From Histomonas meleagridis 2922-C6/04-290x (lineage: Eukaryota > Protista > Parabasalia), in NCBI GenBank assembly GCA_020184695.1, contig JAANOX010000117.1, positions 1 through 64,000 on the forward strand: a DNA stretch of 64,000 nucleotides. The letters run 5' to 3'. The notes beneath the pieces are model-generated. The model saw nothing but the letters and a program-made list of their open reading frames with translations. It searched no databases and was not told the DNA's origin. Shown here in pieces: positions 34,988 to 46,974 of this stretch. How positions within the stretch are numbered: the stretch's first letter is position 1; the number at the start of each line of letters is the position of its first letter. The translations under genes and the position numbers were made by a program.

Positions 34988-35557
34988 TTAGAGAAGTGTA
35001 CAAACTGACTTCTTGGGAGGACGAAGAGCCGCAGTTAAGGCCATATCGAAAACCTGTTTAACACCTTCTTGTGTCATAGCTGAACATTCAGCGTAATCAA
35101 TTGCCTTAATTTCTTGAGCTTTCTGCTTTCCTTGTTGTGGAGTAATTGGCTTTTGTCCGTTTTGTTCAAGAGCAGCTATTGTATCTTCATCGTTTCTAAG
35201 GTCCTTTTTAGTTCCTACGAGGATGATTTTTGGATCCTTTGTATATTGCTTGAGCTCGGTTAACCATTTAGTCTGAACATTTGTAAGAGAAGTTGGTTCA
35301 ACAACGCTGAAACAAACAAGGAAAATATCTGTATTAGTGTAAGAAAGAACACGAATGTTTTCAAGATCTTCCTGACCAGCAGTATCCCAAAGCTGAAGGT
35401 TTACATCTTGACCATTAACTTGAAGCTTAACGACATAATTATCGAAAACAGTTGGAACGTAATCGGGTGGAATCTCTTTCTTTGAGTATGCCCAAAGGAG
35501 GCAAGTCTTACCAACTGCGCCATCTCCAACAACCACTACTTTGATCTTCTGGGCCAT
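34988..35557 (-). CDS. RAC1: Rac/Rho-family small GTPase
   Basis: GDGAVGKT, YVPTVFDNY, WDTAGQE and GTKKD motifs; CAAX CTLL. Confidence 0.95.
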   Translation of the reverse strand: MAQKIKVVVVGDGAVGKTCLLWAYSKKEIPPDYVPTVFDNYVVKLQVNGQDVNLQLWDTAGQEDLENIRVLSYTNTDIFLVCFSVVEPTSLTNVQTKWLTELKQYTKDPKIILVGTKKDLRNDEDTIAALEQNGQKPITPQQGKQKAQEIKAIDYAECSAMTQEGVKQVFDMALTAALRPPKKSVCTLL

Positions 35558-36247
35558 GGAACAAATGAATTTAATTTCAAAGTAGACGGTTTTCCTTTCA
35601 AAAATTTGTTGTCAGCCACGATTGTCCCTAACCTTGGCGAATAGGGAAAAGTGTCAATGTTGTAGTCAAAAAGTGAAAGGCGCAACAGAGCTGTAGGCGA
35701 TTAACTGCGATGAACCTTAACTGATATTTTTATCGAACATGTATTTCGTTGAGCAAAATAACCAACAGAAAAAGAATACTCCATAAATAAATTAATTGAT
35801 TGTTGATAAAACATTTACTGTAGTAAACTCATTATTTATTTAATTAATTATTTGCAAAATAAATAAACTATTACAAACTACTTAAAGTATCATCACTTTT
35901 AAGAGCTTAAAAGTAAAGAAACCAATTCTCATAATGTTTAATAATTTTTAAATTATTACCAAATTTGGTATAAACCATGATTTGATACCATTCACGTAAC
36001 AAAACTAATAAATTCAGAGTGATAAATCAATATTTTTTTGCCTAAAAGTTGTTTTCATTTTTTTTCATTTACAAGTTTCCGTTATTGTATGGTTTTGAAA
36101 AGCAACAAAATATAATGAATAATTATTGATATTTAGATTTTGTTTAGCTATAAAAAATTTAGATCTATTAGTTTGATTCCATTAGATATTTTTTTAACGT
36201 TCTCATTTTATTAAAATAAACTTCAGAATTTTCAAACACATGTCCAA

Positions 36248-38641
36248 ATGCAACAAATAATCAATGAAGAATCACAGATAACCCCAGAAACAGAAAACTT
36301 TCTTAACCAAATAGGTATTACAAAGGTAGGTGTTAACTACCATATAGTATCAATCATCGGTCCACAAAGCTCAGGCAAATCTACACTTTTAAATCACACA
36401 TTTGGAACAAATTTTCAAACAATGAATGAAGCAACAGGAAGGCAACAAACAACAAAGGGTATTCATGCCTCTTTTGTAGAAAATAAAATTTTGCTTTTTG
36501 ATATCGAAGGATCAGATTCAAGAGAAAGAGGTGATGCTGAAGGACTTTTCGAAAGAAAAGCAGCTTTATTTGCATTGGCAATGTCAGAAGTTGTTATGAT
36601 TAATATCTTTCATCATGATATTGGTCGGTTCAATGCAAGTACTTTTCCACTATTAAAAACAGTTTTTGAAGTCAACATTCAGTTGTTTTCATCTTCAGAT
36701 GAATCCAAATGTCATTTACTTTTTATTATTCGCGATCCAGAAAAAGATCCAAATGTGATTCAATCAGATGTTATAAGAGATCTTGCTGCTGTTTGGGCTC
36801 AAATGACTCTACCATCAAATCTCCGTGGAAAAGCTTTTGAGGATTTCTTCATTTTCCACTTCTTAGCACTTCCTCATTATCGTATTCAACATCAAGAGTT
36901 TTTAGATTCAGTAAAAAGCCTCAGAAATCGATTCCTTAACGAAAACCAAGATGATTATCTTTTCAAAGAACCAACTGGTAAGATTATTCCTGGCGATGGA
37001 TTATATCAATATATTTCAAGCGTTTGGGAATCAATCAACGAAAACAAAGAACTGAACCTTCCGTCTCAAAGGAGAACTCTTTCCAATTTCAGATGTGAAG
37101 AATTTATTGAAGAAGCATATAAATATGTTGAAGAAAGATCCAAATCTGAAATTGAAGAGCCTTTGTCTAATGAAAGTGTTCTTGATGACTTTAAGAAGAT
37201 TGCTGGAAGTATTTCCAATTTTGCAATTGATAAGTTCAATCGTCAATCATCTAAATATGTCAAAGAAATTGTAGAAGAAAAACTAGAAATGCTTAAATCA
37301 CGAATTGGCGAGTTTTTCTTCAAGCTATATTCATTGAACTGTTCTCTTTTTATCAAGAAAGAGGAAAAAAGTTTTAATGACTTTATTTTAAACGGTCTCC
37401 CAAACCGTTTTAGCGGTTTTGACGGTTGGGAAAGAAAAGCAAGAGAACAATTACAAAAGAGCTGTCAAAAGATACAAGAATTTTTAGCAAATACACTTGT
37501 TGAAGGTTATGCTTGGGAATATGATTGGAGTGAGTTTGAAACCTCTAAATCAGAATTCATAACCAAAAAAGTCAATGAACTTGCAGAAGGACTTGAACTT
37601 GAAGTGTTTAACAACCGCAATACTTCTTACCAAAAGGATATAGATGAAGATTTAAATAAAGCGCCTCCAGATATGTGGACAATTCTTCGGAAGAAGATGC
37701 ATACCATCATCCAAGAATCTCGCGAAGAAATTGAAGACTGTCTTAAGAAGAATACGATTGACTTGCATTGTACGAATAATATTGATAAGCGATATCACAA
37801 TTCTACAGTTGCACGTGTTCTTAACGCGTCACGATATGTCAAAACGAAGATGAATCTTCGATTTGAAGAGATTTTCAAGCTAGAAAATGGCAAAACTCGG
37901 AAATGGACTCCAAATGTTGATATTCAAAGCTTGTATGAAGAAGCTCGTGAAAGTGGCCTTAATGTACTTAAGATGTTTTCAGTATGCCAATTACGAGAGA
38001 AAGGCGAACGTATCCCAGCCAGGGATGCCCTGAGCCAACAAATCATTCATCCCATCAACGTCCAACGGTTAGAGTCCGAATTCAATGAGACGATACAGAA
38101 GGAATACGTTAACGCTGTCAGGATTCAAGAATCGTATAAAGTCCGAAATAAGATTCCAATATGGATGATTGTCTTAATCATTATCTTTGGAATTGATAAA
38201 TTACGTTTTGCTTATACGCATCCAACTGTTACGTTAATTATATTAATGTTTATTGGTATACTTTTCATATTATATACCAAAGGATATTTAAGTGAAGTTG
38301 CATATCGAACGCGAATATTAATAACAAAGTTTGTCGAGTCAGTGTATAATTTATTCTTCGGAAATAAGAAGCAAAAAGAAGAAGTTCCGCCTTCAGTACA
38401 AAGAAGTTTACAGAACACAACTGTTGTGAGAAGGAAAACTGCAACAAAACGTGTGACGAGGCCTCAAGTTGAATCAGGATCACAGTTAAGTCGTGCAAAT
38501 TTGGTGCCGAATGTGAAGACTGCACCGATTGCAAATGAAGAACCTGTACAGAAAAAAACAAAGAAAAGAAAAATGAGCAAAAAGTTCTCGTCTTACACTA
38601 TACGTTCAGACACAAAAAATTTTGGGAAGTTAATCGATTAA
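36248..38641 (+). CDS. SEY1: SEY1/RHD3 ER-fusion dynamin-like GTPase
   Basis: GPQSSGKSTLLN, RQQTTKG, DIEGSDSRERG, FERKAALFAL; C-terminal TM hairpin. Confidence 0.95.
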   Translation: MQQIINEESQITPETENFLNQIGITKVGVNYHIVSIIGPQSSGKSTLLNHTFGTNFQTMNEATGRQQTTKGIHASFVENKILLFDIEGSDSRERGDAEGLFERKAALFALAMSEVVMINIFHHDIGRFNASTFPLLKTVFEVNIQLFSSSDESKCHLLFIIRDPEKDPNVIQSDVIRDLAAVWAQMTLPSNLRGKAFEDFFIFHFLALPHYRIQHQEFLDSVKSLRNRFLNENQDDYLFKEPTGKIIPGDGLYQYISSVWESINENKELNLPSQRRTLSNFRCEEFIEEAYKYVEERSKSEIEEPLSNESVLDDFKKIAGSISNFAIDKFNRQSSKYVKEIVEEKLEMLKSRIGEFFFKLYSLNCSLFIKKEEKSFNDFILNGLPNRFSGFDGWERKAREQLQKSCQKIQEFLANTLVEGYAWEYDWSEFETSKSEFITKKVNELAEGLELEVFNNRNTSYQKDIDEDLNKAPPDMWTILRKKMHTIIQESREEIEDCLKKNTIDLHCTNNIDKRYHNSTVARVLNASRYVKTKMNLRFEEIFKLENGKTRKWTPNVDIQSLYEEARESGLNVLKMFSVCQLREKGERIPARDALSQQIIHPINVQRLESEFNETIQKEYVNAVRIQESYKVRNKIPIWMIVLIIIFGIDKLRFAYTHPTVTLIILMFIGILFILYTKGYLSEVAYRTRILITKFVESVYNLFFGNKKQKEEVPPSVQRSLQNTTVVRRKTATKRVTRPQVESGSQLSRANLVPNVKTAPIANEEPVQKKTKKRKMSKKFSSYTIRSDTKNFGKLID

Positions 38642-39079
38642 TTAGTGATAAATAAAAATTATTTTTATACTGTCAGTTTACGTTTGGATGGAAAATAACG
38701 AAACTCCTTGAGCTCAATGAAGAGATTTTTCGTGTTTTGTTTTATCGTGTAAAAAAGTGATATAAAACAAGTGAAGTGACATATTTATCATTTGAAAAAG
38801 TGGAAATAAGAATTTTTTTGATATAACGATAGAAAGTCTGACAAATGCACTTTTATGTTTACTGCAAAATGAAAAGGTAAAAATACTTTAAATTTAAACC
38901 AAAACATAAGAACTTCTAATATAAAAAATGAGAGACATTAAAAAATGTTAGTGTTATTGACCTTTTTCTCTAAATTTTCAAAAATCTGTTTTAAATTACT
39001 TTACTTAATCAGAATGTTGTAATGCTTAGACCTAAAAAAAAAAAAAAGATTTAAAAAGGAATTTGAATCGTTTAATAAC

Positions 39080-39475
39080 TTAAACTCCATGTGTTGAAAA
39101 TATTTGATTAAGTATAACAAAGCTTCCTTGAACTTGACCAATAAGGAAAATCTCAAGGAAAGCGAGGGTGTTTTCTTCTCCTTGGAACATTGTTTCACCT
39201 TGAACAGAAATCAAAATTGTTCCTGGAACAGATGGTTGTGCGATGAAATTTGTACAAGCTTTCATATTAGAAAGCATTCCTTCGTCCATTAACTTACTCA
39301 TAATTTGTTGTTGACCAGAAAATGTTGAATTTTGCATTGTGAAGCAAGATTGGTCGGTATATAATGATTGAAGTTGTGCTCTCTTGTTAACATCATTATA
39401 AAGACCATAATAAAATTGTGCGAAGTTGCGAGCAATTTCGGTAACTTCATGGAGTGTGTTTTCGAATGGATTCAT
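39080..39475 (-). CDS. NTF2: Nuclear transport factor 2-like protein
   Basis: ARNFAQFYY, RAQLQSLY, FSGQQQIMSKL, ILISVQG and FVILNQIF match the NTF2 fold. Confidence 0.85.
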   Translation of the reverse strand: MNPFENTLHEVTEIARNFAQFYYGLYNDVNKRAQLQSLYTDQSCFTMQNSTFSGQQQIMSKLMDEGMLSNMKACTNFIAQPSVPGTILISVQGETMFQGEENTLAFLEIFLIGQVQGSFVILNQIFSTHGV

Positions 39476-39931
39476 TTATAAAAATGTGAACGACCACGAC
39501 CCTTTATTTGAAATATAGCGGTTTTTGAATGGAAAGCTCACTTTTGAAAATCACGTTGAAATCAAACAAAGTCTTTCAAATAGGGCCGTTTATGATTTGC
39601 TCGAAAGGAAGACGTTTATGTTTTGTTATTCAGACAAACTCCTCATATTCTCATCATTTATTGTAGGAATTTACTCTAAAACAACGAAGAGAAAAAGGAT
39701 TTTTTTTTATGCTTCGAAACATAGACATATCCAAAATAATTAAATTATATCTTTTGCTGGAAGAAGAATTTGAATATTTAAAGATTTAATAACATTTCCA
39801 GAATGAACTTAATTTCTGCATTTGGGATGATATAAAACTAAAAGAAACTGAAATGATTCCAATCTTGCTATTTCTATAAGTCACTTTTCAAAAAAATACT
39901 TTACACAAAAGGCACTTTTGCTTCCCAAAGA

Positions 39932-42900
39932 ATGTTACCAAAGGAAACAACCAGAAGAGAAAAATGTCTTAATACTGCAAAAACAATTTTTAAAGAAAGA
40001 AGCGGCTTTTCACTAAAACTTGATTCTCCAACGGAACAGGAAAAAGAACTTTTAAAACAATTACCTATTGTTGATTACGAAAATATAATCAAAACATTGG
40101 ACACAAAAAAAGTAACTGTTCATATGTTATTGGAAAAACTAGGCTATAGTTATCCATATGATTCTAAAATAATTTCAACTTTTATTAATGAAAATGATAA
40201 TAACATATCCAAGCATCAGATAATTATAATTGGTTACCAACTTTTATCCCTTTGCATGGGTGCTTTTACTCCCAACGACTTTAATTTATTTATGGAATAT
40301 TTTCAAAAAGTTATTGATTTGCATAATGAATTTACAGATAAAATTAATTCATATTTCTTGATTCTCTTAACCAAGGCTCTTCAAGATTCACATTTTGAAT
40401 GGACCGAAGATTGTTTTGTTTCAGTCATCAAAATGTTTTTAAATAATTCAAGTCTTGATCTATTATTTTTTGATTCTTTAATTGAAACGTTAGAACTTAT
40501 TTTCAGTAATATGTATAGTTTTGAAAAATGCAGAAGTTTATCATTTGATCTTATCTATTCCATTTATTCGAATGAATATCCGATTGTAAAAGGTGCTTCT
40601 GTTGATAAAATACTTACTATAATCCACCCCTTATTACTTAATTTCGATCCCAAGCCATTAAAAGTGTTTGGTTTTTTGACGAAATTTGAGAGCAAACAAA
40701 ACACCGAACTTTTTGAGTACATCATTGAAACTTTCTTTTCAAAAGTCAAATCGTCTTTTGAAAACAAAGAAATTGAAATTCACCAATCGAAAAAACTTTT
40801 TGATGTTCCCGAATGTAAAGATCAAACCTTTGACTTTGAATATATTGACAAAGATATTTTTCATAATAACTTTATAATTCCTAATGAAGTTATCATTCAT
40901 AAGAAGGAACTTTTTTCATTAATACCATATGAAACAAATGAAATAATATCAACACTTAAAACATTTCTTGAACAAATGAATGAAACTAATCTTGACTTAT
41001 TTATTGGTGAAATTAAGAAGAAATTATTCCATAATTCGAATGTACGATATGAAACTATTATAATATTTTTATATTTACTTAATGAGAATCCTCAATTACT
41101 TCCACATTTAGAAGATTTACTTTTATCGAATATCATTTTTGATCCAGATTTAACAATTTATGGACCATTTGCATTATGTGAATCTAATAAATCTATTAAT
41201 TTAATTCGAGGATTTATAATTTCATTTTTACAAAAGAATGATTATAAATTAATTCTGAATTTCATGTTACAAAATAAAGATAAACATTATTTAATAAGTG
41301 AAATATTAATGCGTTTACTTATTAAAAAACATATTAATAATGATTTAATAGTACCCGAATTATTTGAACAATTAATTTCGACTTCAGTTTACTTACAAAA
41401 AATTAATGCATTAGAAAATGTACGGATATCAGTTTTTACATTTTTATTTTATTTACTTAAAGATCCAAAATTACAAATAATTTGTATTCAATCACAAACT
41501 ATTATTAATTTGTTATTAAGGTTTTCATATGAAAAAGGTTTAACGAATATAATATTTGAAGTTTTATATAATTTAATAATGAACATTCAACAAAATGATA
41601 TTAAAAAACTTAAGTTATTAATAAAAGGATTCTTTAATGAAGTTTATAAATGTAAAGAATTAAATAATAAAACATTTGAAGTTGTCACAAAGATTATTGA
41701 GTTTAGACCATATTATATAACATATTTTTATAAATTTTTGTTTTTAATGATAAAAGAAATAAATGATGAAAATAGAAAACAAATTTATTTCGAACGAATT
41801 TTAACGATGATAAAGGCTACAATTCAATATAGACATAAAGGATTTACACCAATAATTAATAATTTTATATTTAATACATTAGTACAATTAATTGATTATA
41901 TTACATATGAACAATTATTAAATTTATCAACACGTTCTTATTGTCAAAATAAAAATTCATTGTTTTTGTTTAGAACTCCGATTTTCTTATCATTATTTTT
42001 GATTAAATATGGAAACACTTCTGAAATCAAAAAAGTTTTAACTAAATTTTTGGATTTAGCTAAAGATTCTGATTATAATTCACGTGTTTTACATGACGGT
42101 AATATTGATTTAATATTGTTAAGTTATTTTGAAAGTTCTGATCATGTTATTACTTATAAAGGAGTTAATTTCAAGCTTAATTTAGATGAACAAATAATAA
42201 AAAATATTGTTTTTCCTTTATTACAACAAATATTAACAACAAAATCGAATTATTTAATAGCCAAAAAAGTAAAAAACATAATAATTAATCAAAAGAACAT
42301 TTTAATATTAAAATTAATATTAAACATCTTAAATTTAAATTCGATAAAACCTAAACAATTAATACCAATTGGTACACTTAAAACTTATGCAGAAGTTAAA
42401 GGATTTAAAGGAAAAGATTTCTCTGGGTCATTTACTATATCATTTTGGCTTAAACCAGATACTTCTTTATTATTTGAAACAACAAGTGTTATAAATTTAT
42501 TTAATTTTTCAAATGATTCATATTATAATTTCTCAATATTAATGCAAGGTTCATCATTAATAGCAACTTTCGAAAATAATAAATCACGAACATTAGTACC
42601 ATTATGTCAAAAATTAACTTCTAATACATGGACACATTTCATTTTAGTCTTTAAGAATGTTTTAACTAACAATAATAACAAAAGTTGTGAAAGACCTAAA
42701 ATATTTGTAATTAAAGACTTCCAACGAATTCATGACGCTGATTTTACTATTATTGATTTTAAGAACACGAAATTAAACTTAAAAATTTCGGGAATGAGTC
42801 ATAATGATAATAATAATAATAAAATATATGAAATTAAAGAAAAGAATAAACAATTTGGAATTATCTCTGATTTTATGTTCTTTGATCATATAATTTCTAA

Positions 42901-45900
42901 TGAAGAAATTAGTCAATTAATGAATTCGATTGGTAATTATCAAAATATTAAAAATGTAACATTTTCAACATCACTTTTTAATAATGAACATGAAAACAAA
43001 ACGCAAATTATTCAATTCGATGATAATAAAAAACGTCAATTCCAAGTTAATTATATAAAGAATTCATTAACATATGAAACAATATCATTTTATATACCTA
43101 ATTTTCTAATTAATTTTGTTAAATTATTAAATGATAATAATATAAATCAACAATTTGCATATATAATATTAACAATAATTAAAGAAACTATAAATGAAAT
43201 TAATTTACCTGAATTACCTTCGTTAATTTCATCGATATTATATAACAACAAAAATGAAAATATTTCATTAAATTTCGAATTGTATAAAACTATTTGTGCA
43301 ATTACAATGCGAATTAAAGACGAAAAAATCAAACAAAATTGGTTTAAAGAACTTATCATTAATTGTCAAATATGGCATAACTCGAAAGATTTTGATTTAA
43401 TATTAAATTATTGGGGCAATGAATGTATTAATAATTTTGAAGAACAATTTATAAATACGAATAATGTTTCATATTTTTTATTACATTTTAAGCAATATTT
43501 CTTAGAAGGATCTTTAACTTCAATTGATAATTTTATTATATTAATTAAACGATTATTCATCTTAAACACTAAAAAATTTGATGTCGATTTATTATTTTCA
43601 TTTTTGGAACTTAAAAATGAAAAATTAATCGAAATCACATTAGAAATAATTTTGTCTATTTCTGATTCGATATTAAAACATTGTCATTTTAATGAGATTG
43701 ATTATGTTTTCCCATTAAATAATAACAATATTAATATAACTATAACATCATTATTATGTTATCATCAATTATTAAAATCGAATTTCCATTTAAGTATCTT
43801 CAAATATTTAAGTAAAATGAATATAAGTGAAGAATTACTTAAACAATTGGAGTTATTTGTAGGTGTTTATCCGAATTTGTTTACTTTGAATTGTGCGTTA
43901 GCTTTGTTTTTAAATACAAATATTAATATGTTACCACTTGAAATTTCAACTTCGAATGTTTGGTTTATATTCCCGATTTTACTTTCTTGTAAAAATGAAT
44001 TTAAACGTAACGAAATAATTCGATTTGTTGTTAATAATTCGGATAAATTTGATATTAATTATTTGATTTATTTTGTGATGTATTTATATATTAAAAATAT
44101 TTGTGATTTTGATTTTTATAAGGATTTAATTAATAAGTTATATAGTAAATATAAAACTTTCGATGATAATAAAATTTATGATTTATTATTAAATATAATT
44201 TCAACAATATTTTTACATCCGAAAAATAATAATTATAATAAAGAATTACTGAAGTTATTGAATGTTAATGAATATGAAAATATAAATGAAAATAATAAGA
44301 AAATCGAAATTAATGATATTTATGAATTAATACTTTTAACAAATGACTTCTTAAAGGAAGAAAATAAAATTAATTTTTATTATTTCTCAAAAGTAGAAAA
44401 TAATAAAATTTTCGAAAGTGAACTTTTCGATAAAGCAAAGAATTTGATCAAGATTTTAGAATCGAAAAATTATTTTAATGATCAAAATAAATTACAAATC
44501 CAAAATTTGATAAATTATTATATCGATAAAAAACATTTTGAAATAATTAAAGATTTTGATGAATATAATTCGTTAATTAAAAGATTTCGACGATTTTATA
44601 ATAATAATTTTAATGAAACTTTGAAAAAATTGTTTTCCTTAATTAACGGAGTATTTGTTACACAAACAAATTCTCCAATTTCAATATTAGAAGATAACAT
44701 AAAGATTAAAAATGATTTCATTTCATTGGATAATATTAATGATAATGAAATCTTTAAGTTTTATGTTAATTTCATTCCGTTGTTACATAAAAACAAAAAA
44801 ATAAATTTCAAAAATTCCGATTTTATAAATTATAAATTTAAAAATTTGTATCTTATAAAACATAATGCTTCTTTAGAAATATCATTAAAAATACAAAATA
44901 ATTTAATGACATTTAAGTCTAAATCTGAACATATTAATATCAAATTAAATCAAATTAAATTTTTGATTTATATAAATTCAAATTCGTTTTTGATTTATAC
45001 TTTAAATAATAAAAAAAATTTAATCGATTTTACTGAATGTCCAATTTCAAGTTCAAAAGATTCATTGAAAAATAAATTTACTGATAAATGGTTAAATAGA
45101 AAAATTTCAACATTTAAATTCATTTGTTTATTAAATGTATTAAATGATAATTCGAATGAATTTTTATTCCCATTCGACAAGGAGGACGTTAAGATTGACG
45201 ACTTTTTCAATAGTGATTCGGAGGACGTTTATAAACGTGTTCAGCAAATAGAAAAAGATGAAGAAATCGGTTATTGGATTTTAAAGGCATTTCATAAGTT
45301 ATTAAATGAAAAAACTCTGAAAAGAAAATCTCATATACAATTGCCAAGCTTTTCATGTCAAGATGTTATGAAAATTAATAACCAAAATATTATATTTGCC
45401 AATACTGTTAATGATAAACATGCGTTTTGCGTCGTATTTGAAACTGGTGATGTTTGCTTCTTTAATATTAGCTTCTTTAATAATAAGCTAAACCTTAAAG
45501 TGAAGAATAATTATCTCATTGAAAACATCAAAAATTACAAATTGTACTCCGCCTTAAATACTTCGTATGCAATCAGTGATAAAAATATTATTATTCTTGA
45601 ACCTGATGGAAAAAAAGTTATCAATTCATTATCATATAAATCTTTTATTATGAGCGAAAAAGTCTTTGTACAAGATGAATCAACAATATCACTGATGAAC
45701 ATGAATTCGATTTTCGAGTCACAAAAGATATGTAATATCAGTCATCGAATTACATCATTAGCAACAGCAAAAGATCTTTTATTCTTTGCCATTGGGACAG
45801 AGGACTGTAATGTCATAGTTAAATCTATGATAACTGGTAGAAATATTACAAAATTTGATCTTGATAATAATATCCCAACAAAAATAATAATCACCAAAAT

Positions 45901-46228
45901 CTGGAAATTCATAATCGTTCAAACTCTCAACGACAGATTATTTGTCTTTGATGTTAAAGGTAAAAAGATTTGTGAAGTTTCTAATTTCCCTGAAATTATG
46001 CATTGGTGCACATTTTCGATTGATAACATCACTGACTATGTTGCTTTCGAAGATACAAATCATAACATATCTTATTTCGAAGCAATCAATCCGAATGATA
46101 TTCATCAAATTGAAAAAGTCGTAGCAAAGTGCATTTCATTTGATGAAGCGCATAACTCAATTGTTGTCATACAACCGAACAGAACAATAACTTTTCTTCC
46201 ACTAGAGAAAACATCAGAAAAAATTTAG
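39932..46228 (+). CDS. BEACH-family-like giant protein with a highly reduced BEACH region and WD40 C-terminus
   Basis: 2098-aa ORF colinear with 18609-25322 (DYNSRVLHDGNIDLILL vs DYNKRACHESSLDLILL; ConA-like FTISFWLK). BEACH remnant KWLNRKISTFKFICLLN. Confidence 0.75.
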   Translation: MLPKETTRREKCLNTAKTIFKERSGFSLKLDSPTEQEKELLKQLPIVDYENIIKTLDTKKVTVHMLLEKLGYSYPYDSKIISTFINENDNNISKHQIIIIGYQLLSLCMGAFTPNDFNLFMEYFQKVIDLHNEFTDKINSYFLILLTKALQDSHFEWTEDCFVSVIKMFLNNSSLDLLFFDSLIETLELIFSNMYSFEKCRSLSFDLIYSIYSNEYPIVKGASVDKILTIIHPLLLNFDPKPLKVFGFLTKFESKQNTELFEYIIETFFSKVKSSFENKEIEIHQSKKLFDVPECKDQTFDFEYIDKDIFHNNFIIPNEVIIHKKELFSLIPYETNEIISTLKTFLEQMNETNLDLFIGEIKKKLFHNSNVRYETIIIFLYLLNENPQLLPHLEDLLLSNIIFDPDLTIYGPFALCESNKSINLIRGFIISFLQKNDYKLILNFMLQNKDKHYLISEILMRLLIKKHINNDLIVPELFEQLISTSVYLQKINALENVRISVFTFLFYLLKDPKLQIICIQSQTIINLLLRFSYEKGLTNIIFEVLYNLIMNIQQNDIKKLKLLIKGFFNEVYKCKELNNKTFEVVTKIIEFRPYYITYFYKFLFLMIKEINDENRKQIYFERILTMIKATIQYRHKGFTPIINNFIFNTLVQLIDYITYEQLLNLSTRSYCQNKNSLFLFRTPIFLSLFLIKYGNTSEIKKVLTKFLDLAKDSDYNSRVLHDGNIDLILLSYFESSDHVITYKGVNFKLNLDEQIIKNIVFPLLQQILTTKSNYLIAKKVKNIIINQKNILILKLILNILNLNSIKPKQLIPIGTLKTYAEVKGFKGKDFSGSFTISFWLKPDTSLLFETTSVINLFNFSNDSYYNFSILMQGSSLIATFENNKSRTLVPLCQKLTSNTWTHFILVFKNVLTNNNNKSCERPKIFVIKDFQRIHDADFTIIDFKNTKLNLKISGMSHNDNNNNKIYEIKEKNKQFGIISDFMFFDHIISNEEISQLMNSIGNYQNIKNVTFSTSLFNNEHENKTQIIQFDDNKKRQFQVNYIKNSLTYETISFYIPNFLINFVKLLNDNNINQQFAYIILTIIKETINEINLPELPSLISSILYNNKNENISLNFELYKTICAITMRIKDEKIKQNWFKELIINCQIWHNSKDFDLILNYWGNECINNFEEQFINTNNVSYFLLHFKQYFLEGSLTSIDNFIILIKRLFILNTKKFDVDLLFSFLELKNEKLIEITLEIILSISDSILKHCHFNEIDYVFPLNNNNINITITSLLCYHQLLKSNFHLSIFKYLSKMNISEELLKQLELFVGVYPNLFTLNCALALFLNTNINMLPLEISTSNVWFIFPILLSCKNEFKRNEIIRFVVNNSDKFDINYLIYFVMYLYIKNICDFDFYKDLINKLYSKYKTFDDNKIYDLLLNIISTIFLHPKNNNYNKELLKLLNVNEYENINENNKKIEINDIYELILLTNDFLKEENKINFYYFSKVENNKIFESELFDKAKNLIKILESKNYFNDQNKLQIQNLINYYIDKKHFEIIKDFDEYNSLIKRFRRFYNNNFNETLKKLFSLINGVFVTQTNSPISILEDNIKIKNDFISLDNINDNEIFKFYVNFIPLLHKNKKINFKNSDFINYKFKNLYLIKHNASLEISLKIQNNLMTFKSKSEHINIKLNQIKFLIYINSNSFLIYTLNNKKNLIDFTECPISSSKDSLKNKFTDKWLNRKISTFKFICLLNVLNDNSNEFLFPFDKEDVKIDDFFNSDSEDVYKRVQQIEKDEEIGYWILKAFHKLLNEKTLKRKSHIQLPSFSCQDVMKINNQNIIFANTVNDKHAFCVVFETGDVCFFNISFFNNKLNLKVKNNYLIENIKNYKLYSALNTSYAISDKNIIILEPDGKKVINSLSYKSFIMSEKVFVQDESTISLMNMNSIFESQKICNISHRITSLATAKDLLFFAIGTEDCNVIVKSMITGRNITKFDLDNNIPTKIIITKIWKFIIVQTLNDRLFVFDVKGKKICEVSNFPEIMHWCTFSIDNITDYVAFEDTNHNISYFEAINPNDIHQIEKVVAKCISFDEAHNSIVVIQPNRTITFLPLEKTSEKI

Positions 46229-46299
46229 TAAAAAAAATGGTTTACAAAAAGTGTCTTTTAACGTTCTCTAATGTCGCAACAAACTTTGGACTTCGTCAG

Positions 46300-46974
46300 T
46301 CAAAGAGATTTGTTTTTCTTTTCAATGAAGTTGGATATCTCTTGTTTTATTTCTTCGAATGGTTCTGTGTTTTCATATTGGGATAAACTATTTTCGTTGA
46401 TAATATCAATTGCTGCTTCTGCGACTTGATCTGGATTAGCAAATGTTAGTGATGGGATTTGAGGAACAATAATTCCACAAATGTAATCAACACTTTCGAG
46501 AAATTCATCTGTTGTATTTTCACCAACAATCTTTGCAAAGCAAAGAAATCTTGCATTAAGCAATGGTATTTTGTATTGAACTGATTTTAAAATTAAATTT
46601 TGAGTTTCAATAAAATCGTCAAAATTGTAAAGTCCATCGCAAAGGTAAACAAATTCTGAAATAGATGGGTAATGACATTCATGATATTTAGTTGATATCA
46701 GTAAACATGTTGCTGAAAATAGTTGAATTTTTCCAATAACAACTCGATTGTCATGAAAATATTTATCAAGGAGATATACAGCTGTATTAAGTGATTCATA
46801 AGACAGGTCAAAAACTTCAATTATTTCTATGTACCATTTGATAATTTTCTTTCTTTGAGATTCATTTAATGTTGAATATGAAAACATAGAGTGAGTTATA
46901 TTTTTTCCTATTTCGACGTATATTTGTGTATACTCATAACACGGCTCCAAAAATTGGAATGAATTATCTTCCAT
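46300..46974 (-). CDS. Cyclin (cyclin-box, A/B-like)
   Basis: RKKIIKWYIEI...AVYLLDKYF...IQLFSATCLLISTKYHE. First ATG at 46974; the track start at 47034 is TTG. Confidence 0.9.
   Translation of the reverse strand: MEDNSFQFLEPCYEYTQIYVEIGKNITHSMFSYSTLNESQRKKIIKWYIEIIEVFDLSYESLNTAVYLLDKYFHDNRVVIGKIQLFSATCLLISTKYHECHYPSISEFVYLCDGLYNFDDFIETQNLILKSVQYKIPLLNARFLCFAKIVGENTTDEFLESVDYICGIIVPQIPSLTFANPDQVAEAAIDIINENSLSQYENTEPFEEIKQEISNFIEKKNKSL

Noticed and set aside
35580-35720. GC-richer stretch upstream of Rac as a possible ncRNA (similarly 38670-38790)
   Set aside because: No tRNA cloverleaf, snoRNA box pair or other recognisable structure; probably promoter or UTR sequence.
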